64,000 nt of DNA from Gammaproteobacteria bacterium (GTDB lineage: Bacteria > Pseudomonadota > Gammaproteobacteria > Pseudomonadales > Halieaceae): NCBI GenBank assembly GCA_024686215.1, contig JAIBDN010000005.1:4924-68923 (forward strand), read 5' to 3'. The notes under the pieces were generated by a model. The model made no database searches. It was not told the origin of the DNA and saw only the letters and a program-made list of their open reading frames with translations. Of the stretch, positions 31,956 to 42,914 are shown piece by piece. A program made the position numbers and the translations under genes. Every line of letters starts with the position of its first letter. Position 1 is the stretch's first letter.

Positions 31956-32015
31956 GTGGCGTAATGAAGCGTTAGCGGGCGTAAGACAGGAAGCCTGGCC
32001 ACGCCACAGTAACCC

Positions 32016-32597
32016 TCAATCCCAGCCTTCAACCCCCGACATATCGGGCAGCCGGTGCGCTATGCCCTTGTGGCAATCAATGCAGGTTTTCTCGCCGCTG
32101 GCCAATGCGGTGGAGTGTTGGTAAGAAGCGCGCGTACTCTGCCAGGTGAAATCCATATACTCGAAGTCGTGACAGTTGCGGCACTCCAGCGAATCATTGG
32201 CTTTCAGACGCGCCCATTCATTTTCCGCCAGATGGCGGCGCCGCGCGAGAAACTTCTCCTGGGTGTTGATAGTGCCCATCAGGAACGCCCAAACCTCTTT
32301 CGAGGCCTGCATTTTACGTGCAATTTTATCTGTCCAATCGTGGGGCACATGACAGGAAGAGCAAATAGCCCTGACGCCAGAACGGTTGGTGAAGTGAATC
32401 GTGGACTGCAATTCCTCGTACAGGTTCTCGTGGCAACTGGTGCAAAAAGTCTCGGAGTTGGTAAATTCCATGGCCGTATTGAAACCACCCCAGAACATGA
32501 TACCCATGACAAACCCGCCCAGGGTAAGGAACCCCAGGCTGAAATATTTGCTGGGACGGGAAATCGTGCGCCAGTAGCGTCGGATCAGGTCTATCAC
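32016..32597 (-). CDS. napC: NapC/NirT-family tetraheme cytochrome c
   Basis: 193 aa. N-terminal TM plus four CxxCH motifs (CTSCH, CSSCH, CRNCH, CIDCH). Confidence 0.92.
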   Translation of the reverse strand: MIDLIRRYWRTISRPSKYFSLGFLTLGGFVMGIMFWGGFNTAMEFTNSETFCTSCHENLYEELQSTIHFTNRSGVRAICSSCHVPHDWTDKIARKMQASKEVWAFLMGTINTQEKFLARRRHLAENEWARLKANDSLECRNCHDFEYMDFTWQSTRASYQHSTALASGEKTCIDCHKGIAHRLPDMSGVEGWD

Positions 32598-32608
32598 GGT
32601 GTTATCCC

Positions 32609-33055
32609 CTATTCGCTATCGCGACGCAGTATTTCGTCGATGTCGACAAACTCATTTGCCAGCAGGGGCTTCACAGTATCCTGGGTAACATGACACTGCT
32701 GACAGAAATAGCGCCTGGTGGAGATATCTGCCAGGAAGTTGCCATCACGATCCTGGTAGTGGGTAACACTGACCATAGGTGCCTGGCTGTCCTGACTGCG
32801 GCGCCGACTGTGACAAGACATGCACTTGTTGGCATTAAGATCCACCTGGTACTGATCTACCTTATGCGGAATAGTCGGTGGCTGCATCGGGTAGGCGCGC
32901 TTGCGCTTGATGTCGCTATTATCCACACGGGCCATTTTCGCCGGCTCCAGTTCCACATCGATTGCGGCGTTGCGTGTAGTGGCGATATTCTGGGCCAGAG
33001 AACCCGCGGCAATGCCGAGGGCCAAAATGACTGTAGTGACTATGCTAATTTTCAT
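32609..33055 (-). CDS. napB: periplasmic nitrate reductase diheme cytochrome c subunit
   Basis: Signal peptide [14 protein letters not shown] and two CxxCH motifs (CMSCH, CQQCH). I chose ATG 33055, which has a GGAGG RBS. The longer track ORF overlaps napA. Confidence 0.9.
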   Translation of the reverse strand: MKISIVTTVILALGIAAGSLAQNIATTRNAAIDVELEPAKMARVDNSDIKRKRAYPMQPPTIPHKVDQYQVDLNANKCMSCHSRRRSQDSQAPMVSVTHYQDRDGNFLADISTRRYFCQQCHVTQDTVKPLLANEFVDIDEILRRDSE

Positions 33056-33065
33056 CGCCTGCCTC

Positions 33066-35552
33066 CTATGCCTTTTCCACTTTGATTGCGCATTTTTTGA
33101 AATCCGTCTGTTTGGAGAGCGGATCGGTCGCATCCAGCGTCACCTTGTTAATCAATTGCGCGGAATCGAACCAGGGCACGAATACCAGCCCCTGAGGCGG
33201 CTTGTTACGACCACGGGTTTCCACCCGGGTACGAATCTCACCGCGCCGTGAAATAATCTTCACCTCATCACCGCGGCGCAGTTTACGCTTGCGCGCGTCC
33301 TCCGGGTGCATATAGACCACGGCACTGGGAACGGCTTTGTGCAACTCCGGAACGCGGCGCGTCATCGAACCGGAGTGCCAGTGTTCCAGCACCCGACCAG
33401 TGGACAACCACAGATCGTATTCCTCATCCGGACTCTCAGGTGCAGGCTCATACGGCAGGGCGAACACCACCGCCTTGCCATCGGGCTTGCCGTAAAACTG
33501 GAAGTCGCTGCCCGCTTCCACATAGGGGTCAGAGCCTTCCTTGAAACGCCAGAGCGTCTCTTTACCATTCACCACTGGCCAGCGTTTGCCGCGATTCTGG
33601 TGGTAGTTATCAAAGTCATCCAGGTCATGTGCCTTACCGCGGCCAAAGGCTGCATATTCTTCAAACAGCCCTTTCTGGATATAAAATCCGAAGTCCTCTG
33701 CCTCGTGATTGGCGTAGCCCTCTTCCATGTCGGACAGGGGAAAGCGATCCACCTGGCCGTTGGCATAGAGCACATCAAACAGGGTCTTACCCTTGTACTC
33801 AGGGTTGGCATCCAGAATGTCTGCAGGCCACACTTCATCCGTGGTGAAACGCTTGGAAAACTCCACCACCTGCCACATATCGGACTTTGACTCTCCCGGG
33901 GCATCTACCATCTGGTGCCAGAACTGCGTGCGCCGCTCAGCATTACCGAAGGCGCCTTCTTTCTCTACCCACATCGCAGAGGGCAGGATCAAATCCGCGG
34001 CCTGGGCCGTTACGGTGGGGTAGGCATCGGATACCACAATAAAATTATCCGGGTTACGATAACCGGGCAGGGTCTCCCCATTCAGGTTGGGCGCCGCCTG
34101 CACATTGTTGTTGACCTGTACCCAGTAGGCGTTGATCTTGCTGTCTTTCAAATCGCGGCCCTGCTTGACCGCGTGAGAACCATTCCAGTCAGGCAATATA
34201 CCCTCTGGCAGCTTCCACTTTTTCTCGGCAATTTTGCGGTGTTCCGGGTTCACCACCACCATGTCAGCAGGCAAACGGTGGGAGAAGGTGCCTACTTCTC
34301 TGGCGGTACCACAAGCCGAGGGCTGCCCCGTCAATGAAAAGGGGCTATTGCCGGGCTCGGATATCTTGCCGGTCAGCAAGTGCACGTTGTACAGCATATT
34401 GTTCACCCAGACACCGCGGGTATGCTGGTTAACACCCATGGTCCACAGGGACATCACCTTGATGTCGGGATCGGCATACATCTCCGCAAGAGCGCGTAAT
34501 TGCTTCACCGGTACACCGCTCAACTTGGAGACACTGTCCTCGTCGTAGTCGGCAACAAATGCGGCAAACTCCTCGAAGCTCATGGGTTCCGAGGCGCCAC
34601 TATCAGGGTTTTCCGCTTTTTGCTGCAACGGGTTCTCCGGGCGCAGCCCATAGCCAATATCCGCCGCACCTTTACGGAAGTTGACGTGCTTGCTGACAAA
34701 GTCCTTGTTGACCTTGTCATTCTGGATAATGTAGTTGGCAATGTAATTGAGCATGGCCATATCTGTTTGCGGGGTAAAGATCACCGGCAAATCCGCAAGC
34801 TCAAAAGAGCGGTGCTCAAAGGTCGACAGTACAGCTACATTTACGTGGGGGTTACTCAAGCGACGGTCGGTGATCCTGGTCCACAGGATGGGATGCATCT
34901 CCGCCATATTGGAGCCCCACAGCACGAAGGCATCCGCTGCCTCCAGGTCATCGTAACAACCCATGGGCTCATCGATGCCAAAAGTACGCATAAAGCCGCC
35001 CACCGCTGAGGCCATGCAGTGGCGAGCATTGGGGTCAATGTTGTTGGACAGAAAGCCTGCCTTGTATAACTTGGATGCAGCATATCCCTCCCACACAGTC
35101 CATTGGCCAGAACCGAACATGCCCACGCCGCGCGGGCCCTTTTCCTTGAGCGCCGCTTTGAACTTTACCTCCATAATATCGAAGGCTTCGTCCCAGCTTA
35201 CCGGGGTAAATTCGCCGTCCTTAGCGTATTTGCCGTCGGTTTTGCGCAGCATGGGTTGTGTCAGTCGATCCTCGCCGTACATGATCTTCGACAGGAAGTA
35301 GCCCTTGATACAAGCCAGGCCCTTATTCACCGGTGACTTGATATCGCCGTGGGTAGCCACTACCCGGTTATCGCGTGTGGCAACATTGATACTGCAACCA
35401 GTACCACAAAAGCGGCAGGGTGCCTTTGACCATTTCAGCTTGGTGTCTGTGGTTATCAGATTGGTAGCATTGGAAGACGCTGTGATTCCAGCGGCTGCAG
35501 CAGCAGTTGCAACGGCGTTGGCCTTGATAAAATCGCGACGGGTTGAGCTCAT
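33066..35552 (-). CDS. napA: periplasmic nitrate reductase catalytic subunit
   Basis: 828 aa. Tat signal [12 protein letters not shown], an N-terminal 4Fe-4S Cys cluster (CRFCGTGC) and a MoCo domain. Confidence 0.95.
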   Translation of the reverse strand: MSSTRRDFIKANAVATAAAAAGITASSNATNLITTDTKLKWSKAPCRFCGTGCSINVATRDNRVVATHGDIKSPVNKGLACIKGYFLSKIMYGEDRLTQPMLRKTDGKYAKDGEFTPVSWDEAFDIMEVKFKAALKEKGPRGVGMFGSGQWTVWEGYAASKLYKAGFLSNNIDPNARHCMASAVGGFMRTFGIDEPMGCYDDLEAADAFVLWGSNMAEMHPILWTRITDRRLSNPHVNVAVLSTFEHRSFELADLPVIFTPQTDMAMLNYIANYIIQNDKVNKDFVSKHVNFRKGAADIGYGLRPENPLQQKAENPDSGASEPMSFEEFAAFVADYDEDSVSKLSGVPVKQLRALAEMYADPDIKVMSLWTMGVNQHTRGVWVNNMLYNVHLLTGKISEPGNSPFSLTGQPSACGTAREVGTFSHRLPADMVVVNPEHRKIAEKKWKLPEGILPDWNGSHAVKQGRDLKDSKINAYWVQVNNNVQAAPNLNGETLPGYRNPDNFIVVSDAYPTVTAQAADLILPSAMWVEKEGAFGNAERRTQFWHQMVDAPGESKSDMWQVVEFSKRFTTDEVWPADILDANPEYKGKTLFDVLYANGQVDRFPLSDMEEGYANHEAEDFGFYIQKGLFEEYAAFGRGKAHDLDDFDNYHQNRGKRWPVVNGKETLWRFKEGSDPYVEAGSDFQFYGKPDGKAVVFALPYEPAPESPDEEYDLWLSTGRVLEHWHSGSMTRRVPELHKAVPSAVVYMHPEDARKRKLRRGDEVKIISRRGEIRTRVETRGRNKPPQGLVFVPWFDSAQLINKVTLDATDPLSKQTDFKKCAIKVEKA

Positions 35553-35848
35553 GTAGTTGCCTCTGTTTCATTATCAATCTGGTGATAGACCAGGACGGTA
35601 TTAATCACCCCGGACAAGTTTTCAATGGCGCTTATACGGTCCATGATGCCGGATTCGTTATCTGTTTCCAGTAGCACTACCAGCTTGCCCTGCTCAGTAT
35701 GTTCGGGCACCTCGGCGTCGGGCATGGCAGATATGCCAGCTATCACCGTAGTCACCGCATCCGCGCGACAATGCACTACCAGGCTGGAGATATGCACCTC
35801 TGAGCTTGAGACCTGGCCGCGCAGGAAATTCCGTCGACTCAATTTCAC
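35549..35848 (-). CDS. napD: NapA chaperone NapD (possibly starting at GTG 35797)
   Basis: The core [12 protein letters not shown]...VLVYHQ matches NapD. The track ORF adds 17 N-terminal codons containing SRRNFLRG (see findings). The stop overlaps the napA start. Confidence 0.85.
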   Translation of the reverse strand: MKLSRRNFLRGQVSSSEVHISSLVVHCRADAVTTVIAGISAMPDAEVPEHTEQGKLVVLLETDNESGIMDRISAIENLSGVINTVLVYHQIDNETEATT

Positions 35849-35851
35849 CGG

Positions 35852-36040
35852 CTATACCCCTGGCGGGCCGAAGAACATCTGGCTGAACCAGACCAGGAAG
35901 CCGTAGCCTCCAACGATGGCAACAGCGAGCACCGGGGCTAACACCACCACCAGCAGTAAGAAAGACCTTGTCTCTAATTTTTTATCAGCGTCATCCACTG
36001 CCGAGGTTCTCCACGAATAGTCATTACCAACGGACTGCAC
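35852..36040 (-). CDS. napE: small membrane protein NapE
   Basis: The TM segment RSFLLLVVVLAPVLAVAIVGGYGFLVWF matches NapE. The start is uncertain: GTG 36040 or GTG 35998. Confidence 0.75.
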   Translation of the reverse strand: MQSVGNDYSWRTSAVDDADKKLETRSFLLLVVVLAPVLAVAIVGGYGFLVWFSQMFFGPPGV

Positions 36041-36239
36041 CGGCTGCGCTCTCTACACCCGATCCACAATAGCGCAAAAGTATAGCCCATCAATGCCATT
36101 ACAACGACCAGTGTAAGCAGCTTGCACGGCATTTATTTCATGACAACTGATTCAGGTCATACATGGGCTTGATATAAGCCGGCTATCATCTAAGCTTGAT
36201 AACAAAATTACGCGTTTAATAACGCTTTGGGAGAAACAC

Positions 36240-38159
36240 ATGAAATCTACCCTTTTGAGTGCCAGCGCACTGGCAGCCACATTGAGCGCTTTAGTGTTAC
36301 CGGCACAAGCGCAGGTACCTGTGCCGCCTGACGGGCAGATACTGTCCAAAGCGTATACAGGCACCGCCTATTCGCCTTACGCCGGGCGCGATTTCGCCAC
36401 CAATGTCTATTGGGGAGATACCCACCTGCATACCGATATCTCCATGGACGCCGGTGCCTTTGGCAACCGTCTGGGCCTGGATGAAGCCTACCGTTTTGCC
36501 CGCGGTGAACAGGTAGAGTCTACCAATGGCGGCCCTGCTCGCCTGTCCAGGCCGCTGGACTTCCTGGTGGTCGCCGACCACTCCGATAATATGGGGTTTT
36601 TCCCCGACATGCTGTCTGGTGCGCCGCATATTCTCTCCAACCCCACGGGCAAGGACTGGTATGAGCGGATTAAGGCCGGTAAAGGGGTAGGAGTAGCCAT
36701 AGAGTTGATCGGGAAATTCTCACAGGGAACCTTCGATCCCGGCCTGGTTTATACCCCGGACTCACAACCTTATAAGGATGCCTGGGCCAAGACTGTGGAT
36801 GCCGCGGAACGCTATAACGAACCCGGACGCTTTACCGCACTTATAGGCTATGAATGGACCTCACTGGTGAAGGGTAACAATATGCACCGGGTAGTGGTGT
36901 ACCGCGACGGCGGCGACAAGGGCGGCAGCATGGTGCCGTTCACCACTATTGCGCCACAAGGCAGCACCACGCCGAGCGACTTGTGGACCTGGCTGGAGAA
37001 CTACGAGGCCAAAACCGGCGGTGATGTGCTGGCCATCGCACACAACGGCAACCTGTCCAATGGCATCATGTTCCCCATGATAGAACAAAGTGACGGCAAA
37101 GCACTGGACAAAAACTGGGCCCAGCGCCGCGCCAAATGGGAAAAACTGTACGAAGCCACCCAGATCAAGGGTGACGGCGAGACACATGCATTCCTGTCCC
37201 CGAACGACGAGTTTGCTGACTATGAAACCTGGGATATCGGCAACCTGGATGTCTCTGAGGCCAAGACCGACCAGATGCTGGCCGGCGAATATGCCCGCGA
37301 AGCGTTAAAGCGCGGCATGGAACTGGAGGCAAAGTTCGGCACCAATCCTTACCAGTTCGGCATGATAGGATCCACCGATAGCCACACTTCACTGGCTACT
37401 GCCCAGGAAGACAACTTTTTTGGCAAACACTCCGGTGCGGAGCCTGGCCCGGAGCGCATGGTCCACCCTTTCATGAAGAATGAGAACGGCACCATCATGG
37501 GCTGGCAACAGGTAGCGTCCGGACTGGCAGGTGTATGGGCGCGCGACAACACGCGAGAAGCGCTGTTTGACGCCATGGAGCGCAAGGAGACCTACGCCAC
37601 CACAGGCAGTCGCATGAGGGTGCGCATGTTCGGCGGCTGGAACTTCACCCTGGCGGACCTGAACAATCGGCAGCCGGCCTTTGCGGGTTACAGCAAGGGC
37701 GTGCCAATGGGCAGCGAGCTGCCTCCCAAGGACATGAAACAGTCCCCCAGCTTTATGGTATTCGCTTTGCGCGATCCCCAAGGCGCCAATCTGGATCGTA
37801 TCCAGATCATCAAAGGCTGGCACGATGGCAAGCAACTACAGGAAAAGGTTTACGATGTGAGCTGGTCGGATGAGCGCAAACCCGACAATAACGGCAAGCT
37901 GCCTGCGGTTGGCAATACAGTGAACGTCGCGAATGCCTCCTGGAGTAATAGCATAGGCGCTGCAGAACTGGGCACCGTGTGGTCTGATCCTGACTTCAAC
38001 CCGGCGCACCGGGCCTTTTATTACGCGCGCGTACTGGAGATCCCCACCCCACGCTGGTCTACTCACGACGCCTTGCGCTTTGGTGTCGATATTCCCGAAG
38101 GGGCACCCACCAGCACGCAGGAGCGGGCCTATACCTCGCCTATCTGGTACAAGCCCTAG
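36240..38159 (+). CDS. exported DUF3604-family protein
   Basis: 639 aa. Signal peptide, then the WGDTHLHTDISMDAG block typical of DUF3604 (PHP-like metal site). Confidence 0.8.
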   Translation: MKSTLLSASALAATLSALVLPAQAQVPVPPDGQILSKAYTGTAYSPYAGRDFATNVYWGDTHLHTDISMDAGAFGNRLGLDEAYRFARGEQVESTNGGPARLSRPLDFLVVADHSDNMGFFPDMLSGAPHILSNPTGKDWYERIKAGKGVGVAIELIGKFSQGTFDPGLVYTPDSQPYKDAWAKTVDAAERYNEPGRFTALIGYEWTSLVKGNNMHRVVVYRDGGDKGGSMVPFTTIAPQGSTTPSDLWTWLENYEAKTGGDVLAIAHNGNLSNGIMFPMIEQSDGKALDKNWAQRRAKWEKLYEATQIKGDGETHAFLSPNDEFADYETWDIGNLDVSEAKTDQMLAGEYAREALKRGMELEAKFGTNPYQFGMIGSTDSHTSLATAQEDNFFGKHSGAEPGPERMVHPFMKNENGTIMGWQQVASGLAGVWARDNTREALFDAMERKETYATTGSRMRVRMFGGWNFTLADLNNRQPAFAGYSKGVPMGSELPPKDMKQSPSFMVFALRDPQGANLDRIQIIKGWHDGKQLQEKVYDVSWSDERKPDNNGKLPAVGNTVNVANASWSNSIGAAELGTVWSDPDFNPAHRAFYYARVLEIPTPRWSTHDALRFGVDIPEGAPTSTQERAYTSPIWYKP

Positions 38160-39136
38160 TCGATAGACTCGAAGAAGGCCCAAAGGACCTCAGCCGTATT
38201 GAATTCATGGCTGGGGCGGCCCAATATCCTGGGGCCGCTATAGTCAGGGTGGGGGATACCGTGTCCTCCACCCTCCACGGTCACTAACTCCACGGGGAGC
38301 AGGCCGGCGGCCTGCCAGCGCTCACTGTGTACCGAAGTACCGTCACCAGGGTCCCGATTCGGCCACTTGCGCTTGTCTCCGTCTCCGCTATAGCCTGCCA
38401 ACTCAGCCCAGTAGGCAACGCTGGCGCCGGCCGATTGCACTGCGCCCCTGCTGGTATCACCAAACAGATCGACGACACCTCCCGGATAGGGGTTCACCGG
38501 GTCTTCGGTACCATTGACAATAATGGTGGCCACCGGCTCCCCGCTGGCCTCGCATTCTGAATTCCCCTCCACTGGCAGGTTGGCCGCGATAGCGCCAATG
38601 CCCCTGACCAGCTCAGGTGCTTCAAAACCCAGGCGATAGGCCATATGGCCCCCGTTGGATATACCTGCCGCATAAACCCTGTCGGGGTCGGCAGCGTAGA
38701 GGCTGACCAAGGTTGCTGTCAGCCCGCGTAAATAACCCACATCATCGATACCCAGGGTATTCGCAGAAAAAGCAGCACTCGCGCGGCAATCGTTCCAGTG
38801 CCCTTCAAATCCCGATGGATAAACCGCAATGAACCCTTTCTGCTCAGCGAGGCGATCAAAGCTGTAAAAGCTGCCCGTGCGCATTTGCTCTCCCGAGTGC
38901 TTTGATCCTCGAAGCAGCAGTAGCAGTGCAGGTTTCTCATCTACCGACTGTGGAATATAGGCCAGCCACTCGCGCCGCCTGCCATCATGTTCCAGGCTTC
39001 CTCGCTCGATGACGCCGGGCAGCTGCGGTGGCGGCAACTCATCCCAGCGCAGGAACCACCAGGCCAGCACAGCGATTACGATGCACGCCAGCACCAGCAG
39101 GCACGCCAGTATTTTTAAAAATTTACCCATGCGCAT
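38156..39136 (-). CDS. membrane-anchored esterase of the PHB-depolymerase (LpqC-like) family
   Basis: 326 aa. N-terminal TM anchor and a GISNGG nucleophile elbow. The stop shares a CTAG tetranucleotide with the DUF3604 stop. Confidence 0.7.
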   Translation of the reverse strand: MRMGKFLKILACLLVLACIVIAVLAWWFLRWDELPPPQLPGVIERGSLEHDGRRREWLAYIPQSVDEKPALLLLLRGSKHSGEQMRTGSFYSFDRLAEQKGFIAVYPSGFEGHWNDCRASAAFSANTLGIDDVGYLRGLTATLVSLYAADPDRVYAAGISNGGHMAYRLGFEAPELVRGIGAIAANLPVEGNSECEASGEPVATIIVNGTEDPVNPYPGGVVDLFGDTSRGAVQSAGASVAYWAELAGYSGDGDKRKWPNRDPGDGTSVHSERWQAAGLLPVELVTVEGGGHGIPHPDYSGPRILGRPSHEFNTAEVLWAFFESID

Positions 39137-39178
39137 TGCTATTTGATGAAGTGGATAAGAACAGTCTAAACTAATTAT

Positions 39179-39922
39179 ATGCAGCGAATATACCTAAGCC
39201 CGGCCGTGCTTGCCTGCATCCTGCTGGTTTTAACGGCACTGGCAGCCGGTGCGGAGAATGATGACATGGCCGAACAACGACAAGCCATGCTGGAAGCGGT
39301 GCGCGAATCTGTCCGCCAGAGTGAGGACTACACCGGCTACAGTGAACTCAGCGACAACGTCATGCTCGCCATGGGCACTGTCCCCAGGCACGAATTTGTC
39401 GCGCCCGTGCACCGCGACCTGGCTTATCGCAACACGCCACTGCCCATCGAGTCGGGACAGACGATTTCACAGCCGCTGATCGTGGCCCTGATGACCGAAC
39501 TGTTGCAGCCACAGCCCGGCGACGTGATCCTCGAAGTGGGCACGGGCTCCGGCTATCAGGCGGCGGTGCTGGCAGAGCTGGTCAAGCACGTCTACAGCAT
39601 AGAAATCATTGAGGAACTGGCCACCAGCGCAGCGCAAACCCTGCAGCGACTCAACTACGACAATGTCACCGTACGCGCCGGGGACGGCTATGCAGGCTGG
39701 CCGGAACACGCCCCCTTCGACGGCATCATCGTTACCGCAGCCGCGGAGCACCTGCCCCTGCCCCTGTTGCAACAGCTCAAGCCGGGAGGCAAGCTGGTGA
39801 TTCCAGTGGGTGAGCATGACGGCTACCAGGAACTAATGCTGGTGGAGGTGGACGAGAACGGGGACGTCAGCCGCGAGTCGGTATTGCCGGTGCGGTTTGT
39901 GCCCCTGACCGGCGATCGATAA
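39179..39922 (+). CDS. pcm: protein-L-isoaspartate O-methyltransferase with N-terminal signal peptide
   Basis: PIMT blocks (VPRHEFV, GQTISQP, LEVGTGSGYQAAVLA). It carries a ~35-aa N-terminal extension that looks like a secretion signal. Confidence 0.85.
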   Translation: MQRIYLSPAVLACILLVLTALAAGAENDDMAEQRQAMLEAVRESVRQSEDYTGYSELSDNVMLAMGTVPRHEFVAPVHRDLAYRNTPLPIESGQTISQPLIVALMTELLQPQPGDVILEVGTGSGYQAAVLAELVKHVYSIEIIEELATSAAQTLQRLNYDNVTVRAGDGYAGWPEHAPFDGIIVTAAAEHLPLPLLQQLKPGGKLVIPVGEHDGYQELMLVEVDENGDVSRESVLPVRFVPLTGDR

Positions 39923-39929
39923 GGCTTAC

Positions 39930-39946
39930 GCTGCGCCGTGCGCAGC
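39930..39946. terminator. short GC hairpin between convergent pcm and argG
   Basis: GCTGCGC-cgt-GCGCAGC forms a 7-bp stem. The flanking T/A tracts are weak. Confidence 0.35.
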
Positions 39947-39955
39947 ATTAATTGC

Positions 39956-41055
39956 TTACAGCGGAGAACGCCCCTTGTTAGCCGCAATACGCATGCGCAA
40001 GGCATTGAGCTTGATAAAGCCCTCGGCATCGGCCTGGTTGTATGCACCGGCATCATCTTCAAAGGTGGCAATGCTCGCGTCAAACAGGCTGTCAGCTGAC
40101 TGGCGACCAACCACCATGACATTACCCTTGTACAGTTTAAGCCGTACCTTACCGTTAACCACGGTTTGTGAGTCGTCAATCGCAGCTTGCAGCATGCGGC
40201 GCTCCGGCGACCACCAGTAGCCGTTGTAAACCAGCTTGGCGTAGCGCGGCATCAATTCGTCTTTCAGGTGGGTAACTTCCCGGTCCAGGGTTAGCGACTC
40301 TACAGCGCGGTGTGCCTTAAGCATAATGGTGCCGCCGGGGGTCTCATAGCAGCCGCGGGCCTTCATCCCGACATAGCGATTTTCCACAATGTCGTCACGG
40401 CCAATGCCGTTGGCGCCACCCACTTTATTCAGCTGTTCCAGCACCGTAGCCGGGCTCATGGCCTGGCCATCTATGGCAACGATATCGCCGCGCTCAAAAT
40501 CCAGTTCGATATAGGTAGGTTGATCGGGCGCGCTTTCAGGACTGACCGTCCAGCGCCACATATCGTCTTCGGGTTCAGCCCAGGGGTCTTCCAGGATGTC
40601 GCCCTCGTAAGAAATGTGCAGCAGGTTGGCGTCCATGGAGTAAGGGGACTTCTTCTTGGCGGTGGAGTAATCAACTGGAATATTGTGAGTCTCACAGTAG
40701 GCCATCAACGATTCACGCGAACCCAGGTCCCACTCGCGCCAGGGTGCGATGACCTGGATGCCCGGCTTAAGTGCGTAAGCGCCCAGTTCAAAGCGCACCT
40801 GGTCATTTCCCTTGCCGGTTGCGCCATGGGAAATACGAAATCGCGCACGAATTCCTCACGCAGGTCGTCGATGTAGATTTCCTTGATCCCCATCGCCTGC
40901 GCCTTGGCACGGGCTGGCTCGACCTCTTCGCCCTGGCCAATATCAGCAGTGAAGGTGACCACCTCACAGGCATAATTGTCCTGCAACCAGCGGACAATGA
41001 CCGAAGTGTCCAATCCACCGGAATAAGCCAGGACAACCTTGTTTACATCTGACAT
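39956..41055 (-). pseudogene. argG: argininosuccinate synthase disrupted by an internal frameshifting deletion
   Basis: The N-terminal part ([19 protein letters not shown]...[12 protein letters not shown], from ATG 41055) and the C-terminal part ([23 protein letters not shown]... to 39956) are in different frames. They join at CCCATGG (40824..40830). About 39 conserved residues (FRAN.VYEG.YLLGTS.ARPLIAK...) are missing. Confidence 0.8.
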
Positions 41056-41167
41056 TTCATGCTCCATCGGGGCTGTGATCAAAAGGGCGCACATTCTACT
41101 CCCGAGCGGGCAAAATTCCCAGTCCGGAGGTTCAGCCGTGTTTCGAAGGACAGCGCTTTGCGGTAGC

Positions 41168-42247
41168 ATGCACACTGCTCACCTCAATGACAGGCTACAA
41201 GTGACTGAACTGACCATTACCCGGCCGGACGACTGGCATGTGCACCTGCGCGACGGCCCCGCCTTGCGCCACACCTGCGCCGACATGGCACGTTATTTCG
41301 GACGTGCGATTGTCATGCCCAACCTGAGCCCCCCCGTGACCACCGTGGCCGAGGCTGTCACCTACCGCGACCGGATTGTAGCGTCCATGCGCGGACTCCC
41401 CCATGCATTTGACCCGCTGATGACCCTGTATTTAACCGATACCACCGACGCCGCCGAAATCCAACTGGCGGCAGCGGCAAACATGGTACATGCAATCAAA
41501 CTGTACCCGGCTGGCGCGACTACCAACTCCGACGCCGGTGTCGCCAAGCTGGATAGTCTGTTTCCGACCCTCGCGGCGATGGAGGAGGTCGACCTTCCCC
41601 TGCTGGTGCACGGCGAAGTCACCGATCACGATATTGATATCTTCGATCGAGAAAAAGTATTTATCGACCGCCACCTGGCACCCATTGCGCAACGCTTTCC
41701 GGGACTGCGTATCGTACTGGAGCACATCACTACCAGGGACGCGGTGGCCTATGTGCGCGAGGCGCCCGACAATGTAGCAGCCACTATCACCGCACATCAC
41801 CTGCTGTTTAATCGCAACGATATGCTGGTGGGCGGCATACGCCCGCACTACTTCTGTCTGCCAGTCCTGAAACGCAACATCCACCAGGTGGAACTGATGG
41901 AGGCGGCTACTTCCGGGAACCCGAAATTTTTTCTGGGCACCGACTCCGCGCCGCATAACACTGCCAGCAAGGAAAACCACTGTGGTTGCGCCGGTATTTA
42001 CACCGCTCATGCGGCCATAGAGTTGTATGCAGAAGTGTTCGAGAACCTGGACGCACTGGACAAGCTGGAAGGTTTTGCCTCGCACTTTGGTCCCGACTTC
42101 TATCGCCTGCCGCGCAACAGCGATACCATCACCCTGCACAAGCAAGACTGGCAGGTGGCCCCGCAATTACCCCTGGGAGATGATTTTCTCACCCCGCTGC
42201 GCGCCGGGCAAAGCGTAGCATGGCGCGTCAGCGCTGCGGGTAACTGA
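41168..42247 (+). CDS. pyrC: dihydroorotase (class II, homodimeric type)
   Basis: [14 protein letters not shown]...AIVMPNL.PPVTT...[11 protein letters not shown]...LLVHGEV...FLGTDSAPH aligns with E. coli PyrC. Start is ATG 41168 or GTG 41201. Confidence 0.92.
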   Translation: MHTAHLNDRLQVTELTITRPDDWHVHLRDGPALRHTCADMARYFGRAIVMPNLSPPVTTVAEAVTYRDRIVASMRGLPHAFDPLMTLYLTDTTDAAEIQLAAAANMVHAIKLYPAGATTNSDAGVAKLDSLFPTLAAMEEVDLPLLVHGEVTDHDIDIFDREKVFIDRHLAPIAQRFPGLRIVLEHITTRDAVAYVREAPDNVAATITAHHLLFNRNDMLVGGIRPHYFCLPVLKRNIHQVELMEAATSGNPKFFLGTDSAPHNTASKENHCGCAGIYTAHAAIELYAEVFENLDALDKLEGFASHFGPDFYRLPRNSDTITLHKQDWQVAPQLPLGDDFLTPLRAGQSVAWRVSAAGN

Positions 42248-42251
42248 GATT

Positions 42252-42887
42252 ATGCTGGAGCCAGGTGAGAACCGTATCAGTGATCGCTTCCGCGGTTTTC
42301 TACCGGTGGTTATCGATGTGGAAACCGGCGGGTTCGTGGCCAGCACCGACGCCATACTCGAGGTAGCTGCCACCATAGTGCGCATGGATGACCAAGGGTT
42401 GCTCAGCGTACACCGCACGCACAATTTTCATGTGGCGCCCTTCGAAGGCGCCAACCTGGAACAATCAGCACTGGATTTTACTGGCATCGACCCCTATCAC
42501 CCCTTTCGCGAGGCCGTGCCCGAGGAAGAGGCCATGACCGACATGTTTCGCGCAGTGCGCAAGGAAATTCGCGAGCAGGGCTGCAGTCGCGCCATATTGG
42601 TGGGCCACAATGCCCATTTTGACGCAGGCTTCATTAATGCCGCGGTAGAACGCTGCAGCATTAAACGCAATCCCTTCCACCCGTTTTCCTTTTTCGATAC
42701 CGCCACCCTGTCAGGACTGGCCTATGGTCAAACAGTACTAGCCAAAGCCTGCGCCGAGGCCGGCATTGCCTTCGACAACAATGAGGCGCATTCAGCGGCG
42801 TATGATGCCGAACGCACGGCTGAGCTATTTTGCGATATCGTCAACCGCTGGAAGGAGTCCGGCGGCTGGATGCCCCAGTTCTCCTGA
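42252..42887 (+). CDS. rnt: ribonuclease T
   Basis: 211 aa. [17 protein letters not shown] is the DEDDh exonuclease motif I, typical of RNase T. Confidence 0.9.
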   Translation: MLEPGENRISDRFRGFLPVVIDVETGGFVASTDAILEVAATIVRMDDQGLLSVHRTHNFHVAPFEGANLEQSALDFTGIDPYHPFREAVPEEEAMTDMFRAVRKEIREQGCSRAILVGHNAHFDAGFINAAVERCSIKRNPFHPFSFFDTATLSGLAYGQTVLAKACAEAGIAFDNNEAHSAAYDAERTAELFCDIVNRWKESGGWMPQFS

Positions 42888-42914
42888 ACTGGGGGAGAGT
42901 ACTGGTAAGCCAGG

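Noticed and set aside
36147-36160. Possible FNR/Anr box CTGATtcagGTCAT upstream of napE.
   Set aside because: It matches TTGAT-N4-ATCAA at only 7/10 positions and the TSS is unknown. It is plausible for an anaerobic nap operon but too weak to call from sequence alone.
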